A stretch of DNA of 64,000 bases from Lama glama (GCA_028534125.1 CM052817.1:68512001-68576000); one strand, 5' to 3'; counted from the first letter of the stretch, positions 1-13,280 are shown. The notes: generated by a model not told the origin, from the letters alone. Translations and numbers: made by a program.

Positions 1-165
1 CTGTAGCCTGTGCCACAAGGGTATGTTACTGCTCCCTTTTTAAATTCCTTTGGATGTGCCAACCTTACAACAGGGACCATGCCTACCTCTTTAATATCAC
101 CCACTGCATATCCCAGCATCCAGGCACATATCCAGTACTTAGTCAGTCATGGTTGATTGATGCTT
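1..165 (+). mobile_element. L2 LINE 3' end fragment
   Basis: cagggaccatgcct...tcccagcatccaggcacata...agtactt resembles the L2 3' terminus. Confidence 0.55.
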
Positions 166-448
166 TATGCTGTGGACACTGATTATCTTCATTCATTCAG
201 TAAACGCTCACTGAAGCCCACTTCTGTGCCGACGATGGACTAGTTTCTATCGGAAATAACAAAACGAAAATGCTACTTATCTTGCCCTCAAATCTAGAAA
301 GGGGAGTTGTACATTCATGTAGGGAAGAGGACCCCCACGCACATGTTGCCTGTTCCCCTTCCCTGTTCCTCCGCACAAAAGGAAGGAATGTTAATCTGAT
401 TGGTCTGGTTCTAGAACATTTTTTGAGCCACACTTTCTGATGGCTAGG

Positions 449-942
449 TGTAATGGTTAATTTTATGTGTCAGTTTGACCAGACCACAGGGTGCCCAATT
501 ATTTGGTGAAACACTAACCTGGGTGTACCTGTAAGTATGTTTTTGGATGAAATTAACATTTAAAGTGGCAGACTGAGCAAAGCAGATGGCTCTCCCTAAC
601 CTGGGGGACCTCATCCAATCAGTTGAAGGCCTGAATAGAACAAAAAGGCTGACCCTCCCCCAAGTAAGAGAGAATTCTTCCTGCTTGAGGCCTTCCTGGG
701 ACATTGGCCTCTTCCTGCCTTTGGATTTGAACTGACTTTTTCTGGGTCTTGAACTTCTGGTCTTTGGACTAGAACTACATCGTTGGCTGTCCTGGGTCTC
801 CAGCTTGCCAACTCACCCTGCAGATCTTGGGACTTGCCAGCTTCCAAAATTGTGTGAACTGTTCCTTATAGTGAGTAATATTTCAATCTATCTCTATCTA
901 ATCTATCTAAGACTGTTTCTCTGGAGAACCCTGACTAATGCA
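449..942 (+). mobile_element. MLT2 (ERVL) solo LTR
   Basis: Begins TGTAATGGTTAATTTTATGTGTCA, contains CTCATCCAATCAGTTGAAGGCCTGAATAGAACAAAAAGG, ends CTGGAGAACCCTGACTAATGCA. Confidence 0.9.
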
Positions 943-2689
943 GCAGGGCTACTGTGTCTTAAGAAGTTCACTCTTCCCTTACTTCCATTGCAAATAGTAC
1001 AACTGCAAGCTGAAATAAGTCTCCTTCAGTTACTTGGCCATCTTTTGTTGTTGTTGTTCTTATCTCTTTATATGAATATCTAAGATTACAGGTCTTTTGT
1101 TTTAGTTTCCATACCATGTGACAAACTAGAAAATGGGATTCCAAGATTTAGATTCCGCCTCCGAGCACAGAAGATAATCCACTGGCCGTGAGTCTAAGCT
1201 CTGGGCTTTAACTCAGGTTTACAAAAGCTCTGAATTGGGTAGTAATGGTCACTGGCCTAGCCAAAAATTGGTGCTTTATTTTATACATCCCTGGTGTGTA
1301 AATTTCATTTGGGAGCTTGGTGGAGAGAATAGTGATTGGCAGCGATTTTTAGGTCCCTGTTTCTAATACCATAAAAGACTACCAAAACTTTACTACCTGA
1401 CAGACTCCCTTAGCTACATCACGGAGACATAATAAGAGGTTATCATTGAAGCACAGTCATATGCTAAGGGCCCCAAGGAAAGCGCAGTTTTGATTAGAGA
1501 GCATTGGGGAATGTATGTGCTCTTTAGGTCTCTTTTTCCAATACTGGTTCAAGAAATGGCCTTGGAATATAAAGAACATTGAGAGCTAAGCAATGCACAT
1601 GATAGAGCTGGGTTAGAGTGTGCATCATTGTTGAAAAGGGGCTGATACACAACCTGGATAAGCAAGGCCAAAGACGCTGGCCATATCTGTGACAGGAAAA
1701 CAATACTTTTACTTATCTATGTAGAAATATATACCTATTCACATTCATTCATTAATGTTCTTTCTTAATCATAATCCTTAAAGCCCACTAAATCCAAATA
1801 ACTTCTTGGTTGCCTAGACAGGGTGATAAATGACATAGATTTGTACTCCATAACTAAGTCCAGACATAGCTTTTAAAAAAAATCAGTGTCGTATTCAATA
1901 ACAGTCTAAATTTATACTCTAAACACCGGTACTCCAATAATCTACTTATTTTTGTAAATATATTTGTGTTTTAATGTGATCCTACCTTTTTAAAATGGGC
2001 ACCATTCTGCCCTTATAAGGGTATTGGGTGTATGTATTCAATTGACTTCCCTCCTCTGCAAGGAAGAATGGCTGTGGCTCTCACACTGACGCTGCCTACT
2101 AGAACGGCCTGCAGCAGGCGGAGATCAAGAGCCTCTTTTCATCACCCAACCATTGATTTTTCTGCAAGACAAACCACAAAGCTGCTTTGAAGTCCAGGGG
2201 AGAGCTGCAAGGGAAGAGGGAGATAAAACTGAAGGAAACAGTGGATGTGAAATAAAGTTAATCTCTGTCATCTAGGTGTAGATGGCTATTGGCAAAGCTG
2301 AAACTGCCGGATTTTATCAAAAGAGAACTCAGATTGTTCTAAAAAGAGGATATTTTAAGTTGATAAAACTGGGTTAGGGGAAGGGTAGTGTAGAAAACAA
2401 AGAGAAATCTGAAAGGATCTTGGATAAAACTTATCAACTTAGCAGAAATGGTTGCTTTTAATCAAACAGGCACAAGTGTGCAGTGTACAATCTTACCGCT
2501 GCTCATAGAGTCTCTTCCTTTTTGAGTAATGTAAAATAGGACCATATATATGGATTGTAAGAGTGATTATTTTTTGTGTCAAAATTTCTTATTTAAAAAC
2601 GATTGGGTAGCAAAAAATTTTGTCTTGGTAGTTTTACAGAACAGTTAGGACTTTAATAAAAATTATAAACATACTACATCTGAATAATA

Positions 2690-2870
2690 CTTTTCCTTTT
2701 GCAAGATCCTTTCCCATGAGCTTCAGCATAAGCCTGGGAGACAGGCTGGATCAGTGCTATTATCTCTATGTTATCCCTGTGTGAGAGAGCCTAAGTGAAT
2801 TGCACGGGGACACACCCAGAGCAACAGTGCAGAGGCCGGAAGAATTCAGGTCCTCTGACTCCTGGTCTCC
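2690..2870 (-). mobile_element. MIR SINE fragment
   Basis: tattatctctatgtt...ctaagtgaattgc...aattcaggtcctctgactcc resembles the antisense MIR core. Confidence 0.55.
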
Positions 2871-5800
2871 CCCTTGTCCTGAAGGCTCCCTCTAATTTGT
2901 GGTTTCTTAAGGGAGAGAAAAACTCTCCTCCCTTCTCTTTCTGAAACATGTACTATTTTCCTCAGTGTGTTTTTTTTTGACAACTTACTCTTAATGCAAT
3001 CGCTTTGGGATCTTGAAACATATTTCTTATTCTCAAGTTATCTGGAGATTAAATTCTGACACGGGAGACCAGGAGGCCTTACTCCAAGGACAGCCACAGT
3101 GGATGGAGGTTGAGCTTCCTAAATAGTGCTGCAAGAAGCAGGATTTACCATGATTCTGGTGGGCTTAAGGGTACTTAGTGTTGTGAAATAGAAGATCCTT
3201 GAGAAAGTTCAACCCCTCTCTCAACCATGAACACTGAACAATTGCCAGCCAAACTGAAACCCCAGCCCACAGTTCTTCCTCATTCCAACCTTTCAAGATC
3301 TGGGTAAACAAAAATACACATGCCATCTGAGGCGAAAGGTGTCCTGGAAGAATTACGGTTTCACCTCCTTGAGATGACTGAATCACTCCTGTGCTCTCGT
3401 GGAGCAACAAAAACATGATCTGGAGCCAAAATTTGTCAGGTCGAGGGTCTATGTTGGAAATGACAGCCTTTGGAGTTGCCAGTGGGATGCTTTGTATCAG
3501 ATACTTAACTGAGCATTTTGTTCAGATTCTAAGAATCATCTTTTTGTTCGTAATTAAGTATGTACCCAATAATACACTCACAAAATTTCAATAGGGCTTT
3601 AAAATAAATGCCTAGCTCAGTCAATGTCCTAGGCAGGACAAGCAAGTTAAAAGGGCTAAATAATTGCAACAATTTAATTCCTCATTAATTTATTCTTCCT
3701 GAGTTAATAGAATTAAACTAGCTGACAATAATGAACTTTAATATGAATTTTTATATACTTCACTTAATCAAAAAGGGCAGTTTTAAATTCATTTCAGAAT
3801 GTCATACAATTAATTATTAATAAGGCACTTAATGTAGTCAGCTTCTGCTTGAGCTATTGTCATCTTATAGGACAGTTTCTGTATAAGTATGTAACATCTT
3901 GCTTTATGTAAGTTATATGTCACCACTGAAATTTTAAATAGTTGTTATATTGCTGCATATGATTCTTGTTAAAATAACATTTCCAGAATTTATATTGAAA
4001 TGTGTTGGTTAATATGTAAATTGTTTATTAAAATCATCTCTTTTAAATTATATTTTGCTCTTACACATACACACTTTAAAATGATTTGTGATTTACAAGT
4101 AAACATATTTTGGAAATGCCTAATCAACACAAATTATGTCTAGTAGGTTTTGTAAAATATTAGTTAACCAGCAGCCAGATAAATATCTATAGTGTATAGT
4201 TATTTCTGAAATCTGAACTAGTCCTTCTGTATTACCTGGGACGCTGTTATACTTAATTCTTCCCTTACGATTCATATTAGTTAATTTAATGTCAAAAGTG
4301 GGAGGGCAATTTTTAAAAATTACCTTGTTACCAGGAAAAAACTCTTCTCAGGCTTCTTTTTCGGTACCAAATGGTGGAATAAATCACGAGGACTACCTGA
4401 TAGCAAAATAAGGCATGCTGATATGAAAAAAATTATTGTTACAAACTAAACATAGATAAGCCACAATTTAGGAAGACTATACAGCCATAGAGTTGTAGTA
4501 GCCCCAAAATAAGGTTGAAAAACGTTTTAATACTGATCAGCCTCTATCAGATTAATTTGGGAATGTACACAACTCAAACGAACCTCCCAGCTCTGAATCA
4601 ATACTTTGTGATAACATTTTTTTTTCCCTCTGTACAGAGGGAAACGGATCAATCACTGGAAATGGATTCTGCTTGCTTCCCCTAGTTGTTCAGGATAGGC
4701 TTTCATGCCAAGGCAAATCTCGGAAAGGCCTCTGCAGAGCACAGTCTAGGCCAGGTGGAAGCCAGGAGAGGACAACACTTCTGGAACAAGAACCTCCTTT
4801 GTAAACAGGAATCAGGCTCAGATTAAAGAGTTAAACTGGTCACACTGAGCATTGCATTAGATGTTTTATCCTGTAATCTTGAATTGCCATACACAATTAA
4901 TGATAATGTGTGAGTGCAGAAATTGTTATTAATCGCACTACCCTTTAAAAAAGAAATTTTTTCCCCTGGTTGTGCATCAGTATGCAAATTATCCCCTTGT
5001 GTCATTTGGCCTCAACCCTGTAGTCATATTCCTCCCATGACCTTCAGATCTTTAATGACCCTATATGGAGTCCAAGCCAATAAATGCATGGTACATGGGA
5101 TTATTAATGATCTTAAAGATAATTTTAGAAAAAGGTACGCTATCTGACAAGTAATAAATTATCAGGATAGTAAGTAATAAATATAAGGATAGTTTATCTC
5201 AGGGCATAAAAATAATTTTTTTTAAAGTTAGCAAATGACCTAAATGACCTCTATTTCTTCTCTTTTATGATTAATAGACCTAGAAACTAGCTAACTAATC
5301 CCCTTCCTCCCTGCTGGTCCCCTTCCTCAGCTTTCCACATGTGACTGAGAGGCTGATACAAAAACTTATCCAGTCCTTCGGTTCTGGTCCCTGGCTAAGG
5401 CATAGAAGACAAAGGTTAAAGGCCAACTTTGACCCTGTATATCAAGGACCTGCCTGGAGACAGACAATGTGGTTCTTTACCAGGGGGTTGTGTTTTCTGG
5501 GTAATGCTGTCTTGGAGGTGAAGAGGTAATGCATAGCAAGAGTTCCTGAGAACAGCGGTTCTCCCCTTAGACTGGATACTTCACTGCATTCTTTTTTTGG
5601 AAATTTTTACTTTTGAAATTGTGAATATGGAAGGGGCAGTGAGAGTACCCAGTTTTAAGCTACTAATGTGAGATCACTGAATGGAATTGGGAAGAAATGG
5701 GCACATTCAGCTGTTCTAAGCCACCAGGACACAGTTCCAGCACTGTAAGCCCTAAAATACTAAATTATTTCACCCTAAAAGACTGAAAAGTATGCTAATA

Positions 5801-6794
5801 TAGTTAAGAAAAAATTAATAATGGTAAGCAAAAAAAAGTTTCCAGGGTTAATGAGAAAATCAACGCATGGATTGTCTCAGTTTTTAATACTTTGACTAGT
5901 GACCACACCATAACAGTTTTTAAGAATGTAGGCCATATGTTTTTCAAAAAGTCACAGATATATATATATAAAGACAGTAATAGTTTCAAAAGTTGAATCT
6001 TTTAGTATGGCAGGAAACAATATTTAGAATCTGATCTAATGCTTTAAAATAAATTTGTTATAGCTCCAAGATTAGTCTTAAGCCAAGACAGGACAGTGTT
6101 TACATCTCTACCACCTAGAGGATTAAAATATAATATCAAGGATGTTGGCAATACTGTGTTTTGGTACCCATCGTTGCACTGTGGATTGGTCACTGTGAGC
6201 ATTAGGACAGAACAGTATTACTGAAATGCTGCAAACAATGCAAACTAAAAATGGGTCCTCTGAAAGAGATGAGAAAGGATATCAAAGAATGGCAATCCAA
6301 GAGGAGACATTAGGCCTGCAAGTCACTAGTACAAGCTACAAATATCACAATCTATCTATAGAATATGCAATTTGCCAAGATCCAAATTTAGTCGTCATGT
6401 AACAAGCACCTATCATAAGACTTAACAAGAAAATTACTCAGAAACATATAAATACATGTGACCTAAAAAAACCAACTTTTAAAATAGCTTATTTATAATG
6501 TATACTACTTCTAATATTAAACTGGTATCCAGTTTTATCTCATTTAATATTAGAAATAGTACACAATGACTCAACACCCAAAAAGAAAAATCTAAATATT
6601 ATCATTTTGCTTCTATTCTTTGGCTTAATGAGTGTTATCAAGGAAAACACATTATTTGGTTAATAGTTATATGTAGAGCCAGCATGTATACCAATGAGAT
6701 GACTATTTATGATTCTTATAGAGTGAAATATCACAACCCTATGGCAGCAAGGCAACAGTCTTCTCTCCTTATGGTGGATTTCACCAGAAGAGAC

Positions 6795-7328
6795 TGTTAG
6801 GTAGTTAGACAAGTGAGGGCACTGGGCAGATAGGTGGAGGGGAGGGAGGATGGTCAGGAAGATGGCATAATGCCCGCCTCCAGTTTTAAGGGACTTTATT
6901 CCCTCTAAATGAGTGCCAGGAAGAAATCGGTTAGAATCCGACAGCTGGAACTACAGGTAGCAAGAAGAACCTAACCGGACATGACCAATGCTCATTATAA
7001 TATAATTAGCATTGCGGTTTAGGACCCCCATGGGTACACCATGGGTAAGGCCATACACAAAGAGGACAAATATGACTAGGGATTCCAGGGGCAAGAGCCA
7101 TCAATCAATCAAAAGACCACCTCTAAGCCAAGGTATAAGAGGAGGAACAAAGACCACCACTTTTCCTCCCTTAGATCAGCCCGCCTCCCACTCTTGGAGG
7201 TATACTGTTGCTTTGCTAATAAATCCTTTAAAATCTTTTGCTACACAATGTTCCACCTCCTGTCTGAATTCTTATTTTTTGGGTATGATAAGAACTGAGG
7301 TCTTTTCCCTTCCCCTTTTGGGGTACCA
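6795..7328 (+). mobile_element. ERV1-like solo LTR, 534 bp
   Basis: TG...CA termini, perfect 4-bp TSD AGAC (6791-6794 / 7329-7332), CCAAT near 6985, TATAA 7134, AATAAA 7218. Confidence 0.85.
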
Positions 7329-8164
7329 AGACTACTGCATAAGATTTTTTGAGAGGCTGTATCACACTTTTGACATTAATATTTAAAGAAGTATTTTTTG
7401 GTAACTCTTTGGAGGAGGAAACAGAGGAGTCAAACAAATATCTGGCACCAACTATGCTTTCCAAAAATTTGATATAATTCATTGTTGTCATTTTTAAATA
7501 GTCAGATGAACACATGCCCTAAAGCCTGTCCTAATTCAGGGACTTAGTCTAGCTTTTCCATGGAATGCCTCCATTTGTCTTTCTTCACTCAAAATACCAG
7601 ACCATGACAAACTCCCCTATAGTTAGTTCTCTGATTTGGTGTGAAGTTATTTCTAGTCATTTCACGGAGCAAAGAGTTCTTTGAAACTGTCACTTTGTGA
7701 AGTAGTCTTAATTTCAGCTCTTTACAGAAGACCCAGGGCTTCTATCCCTATGAACCTGTTGAAACCTCAGTTCCTAGGGCCGATACAGATATCTGATACT
7801 GCACAGATGTTTCAGTTCCTCTTCATGGCTGACATCAGCAACTTTTGTTTCTTTCTTTCAATCTTGATCAAGTATTAGATATTTTTAATATTCTTTTTAA
7901 ATTTAGTATTTCTATGTTTTGAAAAGGGGATGCAACTGGCTTAGCTTATTCTGTTGTTGGAAGCTATCTGTTCTAATTTCTAGGATTATAGAATTTTAGA
8001 GCTGGATAGAATATTAGAGATCTTTTCTTCACTTAGTGTATTGAGATTTCAATTTATTTATATATCATCAGGTACCAGAGAAGTTTGGCACTTGAAAAAA
8101 ATTACCTGGGTTATTTCAACTTTATTCTGTTCATATAGATTCTAAAATACCTAAGCTAGAGATT

Positions 8165-8560
8165 CAATTCAATTTTACACTTAGCAAGCATCTCTAGTAT
8201 AGTGAGTTGCTGCAGATAACAAGAGGTATAAATTATGGACTCTGACTTGAAAGGAGTTCATATTTTAAACAAGGGTTCCAAATGTTAGCAGATGGCTGCA
8301 AAATGATGTTATAAGTCTATTATTAGAAGCATGAATGGAATGCTTTGATAGATTTGAGGCTCTTAATGCAGCACAGGGAAATCAGAGAAGACTGGAGGAT
8401 ATGCTACTGTGCTGGATTATGAAGCATTTATAAATGTGTGTGTGTGAGCGTGTGTGTGTTTATGGGGCTAGTGGTGACAGTTAAGGGCCTTCTAGGCAGA
8501 GGGAAGAGACTGCTGATATTAGAAACAGTGCTGTTAGTGACAGTGCAGGAGTCAATAACA
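8165..8560 (-). mobile_element. Degenerate L2 fragment
   Basis: tcaattcaa...ttagcaagcatct...aaggagttcatatt pattern of an antisense L2 3' end. Confidence 0.45.
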
Positions 8561-9264
8561 TTAAAAAGGACCTCTACAATTCATGGGTTATATAGGTTTA
8601 GCTCAACAAACAGTTGTTGAGGTCAACTTTGTTGAAACCACCTGCCATTGAATAAAATGCCCTGCATGTAAACATAACAGTGATTGTATGTTTTCTTGCT
8701 TTCCTGTTGAGAATATTAAATATTATTTGTAATTTGGATGTTTAAACAAATTCCTTTTTTTTTTCAAAATAAGCCTAAATGTATCAGGTTTTAAGAAAGA
8801 CAAATGCAAAATTGTGATGGAGGTTGGCTACTATTCTCTCTCACACAGCTCTCCTCACAACACTCAGTCTTCATCCTCTCTCACTACCTACCACCCCATT
8901 CAGGTCAAGTCTCTGCTCCACCATCTTCTTCTGCTTTCTCAGTAAGGCAAAGTTAAGACTCAGAGCCACTCCTTCTAAATGATCATCAGTGCTGCACTAT
9001 GATTTGGAAGTCAAATAAGTCATCAAAGATGAAAGACAGGAGGACTTATTTTCCTAAACATGATAGATGATAGCCCAAAAATGCTGTTAGAGAAATCATG
9101 GTGAAAATTTCTTTTCTCATTAACTCTCACATGTTTTTCTTTGTATAGTATGTAGAGATCACAGAATAATATAACCATTGATTATGTCGGTGTCTTATAC
9201 ACAGTAGGTATTCAAAACGTATTTGGTGAATGACTGAATATAATTTAATTGAGCAAAACAAACA

Positions 9265-9530
9265 AAATGACATGGCTGCTGGGACAATTGATATCCACAT
9301 GGAGAATGAAGTTGGATATCTATCTCACTTCATGGGCAAAAATTAAAGACTTCGGGAGGGGTCAATGGGGAATAACTTCTAATAGGTACAGGACATCTTG
9401 GGCTTTGAAAATGTTCTGAAATTAGATAGTACTAATGATTGCACAATTTTGTGAGTATACTAAAAAACACAAATTGTATATTTTAAAAGGGTGAATTTTA
9501 TGGTATGTAAATTGTATCTCAATAAAAAAA
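9265..9530 (+). mobile_element. Old L1 (ORF2 scrap + L1MB-like 3' end)
   Basis: tgctgggacaattgatatccacatgg ORF2 scrap; aaatgttctgaaattagatagt...aattgtatctcaataaaaaaa 3' end. Confidence 0.75.
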
Positions 9531-9534
9531 TAGA

Positions 9535-10391
9535 TGTCAAAAAACCCCAAAGACAACCTACAGAGTGGGATAAAATATCTGCAAATGATGCAACTGACTA
9601 GGGACTGATTTCCAAAATATACAAACAGCACATACACCTTAATATTAAAAAAACAAGCAACCCAATCAAAAAGTGGGCAGAAGACCTAAACAGACATCTC
9701 TCTAAAGAAGACATACAAATAGCCAACAAGCACATGAAAGATGCTCAATATCACTAATTGTTAGAGAAATGCAAATCAAAACTACAATGATATATCACCT
9801 CACACCAGTCAGAATGGCCATCATTAAAAAGTTTACAAACGATAAATGCTGGAGAGGGTGTGGAGAAAAGGGAACCCTCCTACACTGTTGGTGGGAATGT
9901 AAATTGGTGCAGACATTATGGAGGACAGTATAGAGGTTCCTTAAAAAACTAAAAATAGACTTACCATATGATTCAGCAATCCTACACCTGGGCATATCCT
10001 AAAGGAAAATATAATTCAAAAAGACACATGGATCCCAATGTTCATAGCAGCAATATTTACAATAGCCAAGACATGGAAACAACCCAAATGTCCATCAACA
10101 GATGACTGGATAAAGAAGATGTGGTATATTTATACAATAGAATACTACCCATAAAAGAGAATAAAATAATGCCATTTGCAGCAACATGGATGGACCTTGA
10201 GATCGTCACTCTAAGTGAAGTAAGCCAGAAAGAGAAAGAAAAATGCCAGATGATATTGCTTATATATGGAATCTTTAAAAAGGACACAAATGAACTTACC
10301 TACAGAACAGAAACAGACTCACAGATATAGAGAACAAACTTATAGTTACCAGTGGGCAAAGGAGGTGGGAAGGGATGAATTGGGAATTCGA
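9535..10391 (+). mobile_element. Younger L1: ORF2 C-terminus and start of 3' UTR
   Basis: ORF2 C-terminal motifs (gagaaatgcaaatcaaaactacaatg; IMPFAATWMDLEIVTLSEVSQKEKEK), frameshifted. Confidence 0.92.
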
Positions 10392-10399
10392 AAACTGCA

Positions 10400-10550
10400 C
10401 CTCTTGGGGACTGATGGAAATGTTAGCTATCTTGATTGCTGTAGTAATTTCATTGGTGTATACATCTACCAAAATTCATCAAATTGTACATTTGAAATAT
10501 GTGCAGTTTACTGTACAGGAACCATACCACAATAAAGGTGTAAAAAAAAA
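10400..10550 (+). mobile_element. Old L1 (L1MC/MD-like) 3' end
   Basis: gatggaaatgtt...cttgattg...caaaattcatcaaattgtaca...aataaaggtgtaaaaaaaaa. Confidence 0.75.
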
Positions 10551-10713
10551 CCCCAAAACACACAGCAACAATAAAACCATGGTCCAGAAAGTTAAACTGA
10601 GGCTCTCAATGAAATGTTCTACCTAGGTAGTCCTAACACTGAAGAAGAAAATAAGTTAAATATGAAAGAACATATTTTAGTTAAAACAAACTGAAGATAG
10701 TCAAAAAGATGTA

Positions 10714-10862
10714 CCGTATTTTAATAATTCTAAGATGCATATTTTTCACATTTCTGAAATGGAAATGAATCTTATAATCTTATAATTATTCAGTTTATTT
10801 GGCTGAATTTTTTCTTGCTTTATGGTAAATTTGGTATATATCTTAGCATCCATGAAAAACTT
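10714..10862. mobile_element. MER104-like Tc2/mariner MITE
   Basis: TA|CCGTATTTTAATAATTCTAAGATGCATATTTTTCACATTT at left; degenerate ATCTTAGCATCCATGAAAAAC at right. Confidence 0.65.
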
Positions 10863-10877
10863 AATTTTTAAGAATAA

Positions 10878-11430
10878 TGTCGCAGAGGCTGCCAGCTGTC
10901 TTTTAATGTGTATTCTACTCTTCCAACCCAGTAGTAAATTTTTTTTACTGAGTAAATGGCTGTCCAGCCAAAATTATATTCCAAGGATTCTTGATAGCTA
11001 GTTGTGGCCACGTGTCTAAGTTCTGGTCAATGATACGTAAGCAGAAGGAATATGTGCACCTTCTGGTTTCTGCCGTTAAAGAGAAGGAGCATGCTCTCCC
11101 TTTTCTCCTTCTCTTCTTTCCTCTCTGCCAATTTTTTTCTTTCCCCTCTCTTTTTTTTCCCCTCCCTCCTCCTTCATTTCCTTCCTTCTAAATTGCAGAT
11201 GTGATGGTGGCAGCTGTGTGGCCATCTTGACCCACAAGATAGAAACCAAGTAGTGAGGGTAGTAAAGCAATGAGAAAGACACTTGGGTTCTTAATGATCA
11301 TGGAATCAACATACTCGCCCTAGATTGACTATGTAGACTTTCATGTGAGAGACAAATAAAGATCTAGTTTGTTAAAGTCACTCTTACTTTGGGTTTCTCT
11401 GCCACAGGAGCTGAATAAATATTCTTTATA
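10878..11430 (+). mobile_element. MLT1 (J/K-like) MaLR LTR
   Basis: gtggccacgtgtctaagttctggtcaatga; gatgtgatgg...gccatcttgacc; gtgagagacaaataaa...gttaaagtcact. Confidence 0.8.
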
Positions 11431-11512
11431 ATATGAATGGTTTCTGACTTTCATTTTTCTGGAAGTAAACTATTATTATTTTCTTCAACAAGCTAATTTT
11501 TTCTCCCTTTAA

Positions 11513-11545
<33 letters not shown>

Positions 11546-12042
11546 CACACAAACTTGTCTGGGCCAAAAATGAGCTATCAAATGTAGCATATACTATAAG
11601 GAATGTATTGTGAATAGCTTTTCACTTTTCATTATCATGGAAGGATGATTTCAGCCCACATTCAGTCTATATTTCTAAAGAATACCTTTGTTAGGACTGT
11701 CTGTTCAGTGCAACGGAAGACAGCTTTTTCAGTGCAACTGAGATTTCTTGATAATGCTAAATTTGCCTCATCAGCTGAATCCCTCTGGCTTTGTGGTGAT
11801 GTGGTAAAAATACATGATTGGATTTCACTGTTAAGAAGATTCTTTCAGCAATACATGTACGGTTAAATTTGTTGCCTGGATAGCTGAATATTTGGGTGAT
11901 GAGATTTTTAAAAAGTGTCTCACGACAAAACTTTATGGAAATGCAACAGTCTGGAAGTCCAGTTGTGTCTCAGAGCAGCAAGGTGTGAAGAGTTGTGAGG
12001 GGGGGTTCCATTCTGCCCTTTTGATAGCCATACTCTTGTTCT
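11430..12042 (-). other. TBCK: TBCK proximal 3' UTR (distal end uncertain)
   Basis: Non-TE sequence directly after the stop codon; no canonical AATAAA on the minus strand in this interval. Confidence 0.65.
11513..11551. repeat. Interrupted (CA)n microsatellite in the TBCK 3' UTR region
   Basis: Two AC runs separated by AA. Confidence 0.95.
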
Positions 12043-12177
<135 letters not shown>

Positions 12178-12379
12178 TTATAAAGGACACACAAAATTGA
12201 TATTTCTCCAATCCCATTTTTTCCCCAAGCTGTGAAAGACAAAACTACTTTAATGACATTATTGCTTTCACTGTTGTACCAACAAATCATTAATTTGGTT
12301 TTTAATATAAATAAATGTCCTCTTTTATATGTTGACAAATAACATATCTCTGCTATGGGAGAAATGTGTCTCTTTAGTT

Positions 12380-12580
12380 TTCTTTTAAATTTGTTTGACT
12401 AGGCAATAAATATACATGATAAACAATTCAAATACTATAAAAGGGTACATACAGTGGGCTGTAAACTCCTCCTACCTCTGGTCTCAGTCCCCCTCTCCAG
12501 AGGTCATTACTATTCCTGGTTTTCATGTATCCTTCCAGTGATAGTCAAAAAATATGCAAGCCTATATTTTGAATAATTTT
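12380..12580 (-). mobile_element. L1ME-like 3' fragment
   Basis: atacatgataaacaattcaaa...ctccagaggtcattactatt...gtatccttccag. Confidence 0.55.
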
Positions 12581-12999
12581 TGGTATTATTTTCAACATTA
12601 GTTATTGCAATTACCTTCACAATGTCCCAGAGAGGGCCCATAAATGGGTTCTAACATGTTTTTGGAGCAACTGCAATGAACAGTTTGAGACCATAAACTT
12701 GGCATGAATTTGAAGGTCTGTTCCAAGGAGTCTTCTAGGTGCCTAGCAAGGCAGGGCTCTGAAAAGTTATCAAGACATATACACGTATCTCCCTGACTTG
12801 GCCCATATCTATCTATCCAGGATCACTGACTGTCTTTCTTCACTCCTTATACTTTACGACGAAGCAGTTCTAAACTGCAATCAATCCCTGATAAATGGAA
12901 TCACTTTAGGAATCAGAGCCTTTGGCTGTGCACCCTCTGTTGGAAACATGTTCCATTTCCCACCAGCTCCTGGCCTCTTTTTTAGTTTCTCCTCAAAAG

Positions 13000-13280
13000 A
13001 ACCCTTCCCCCTCATCTGCCTAATTTCTATTTACTTCCCTATTCAGGCAATTCCTTGTCTAGGACGTAAGTTTCCATTAGGGGCCCCTCTTGGTCCCCCA
13101 CATTTCATGTGCAAATCTCTATCTTTGGCTTACCACATTTATTTAAATTGCCCATTAGGAGCCTGCTTCCTCTAGCAAACTGTAAACTCCCCTAGAACAG
13201 TGAGTTTGTTGTTTCTTTTTATCCCTAGTGCATGGCAAATGTCAGGGCTCAATATATGCCTGTTGCTCCGAACTAAACTA
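13000..13280 (+). mobile_element. L2 3' end
   Basis: aactgtaaactcccctagaacag...atccctagtgcatggca...ctcaatatatg. Confidence 0.6.

Noticed and set aside
5149..5192. ~22-bp tandem duplication (aagtaataaattatcaggatag twice)
   Set aside because: Two copies with no spacer; ordinary slippage duplication, not CRISPR-like.
7012..7515. 124-aa and 95-aa ORFs
   Set aside because: They lie over a solo LTR and show no recognisable protein.
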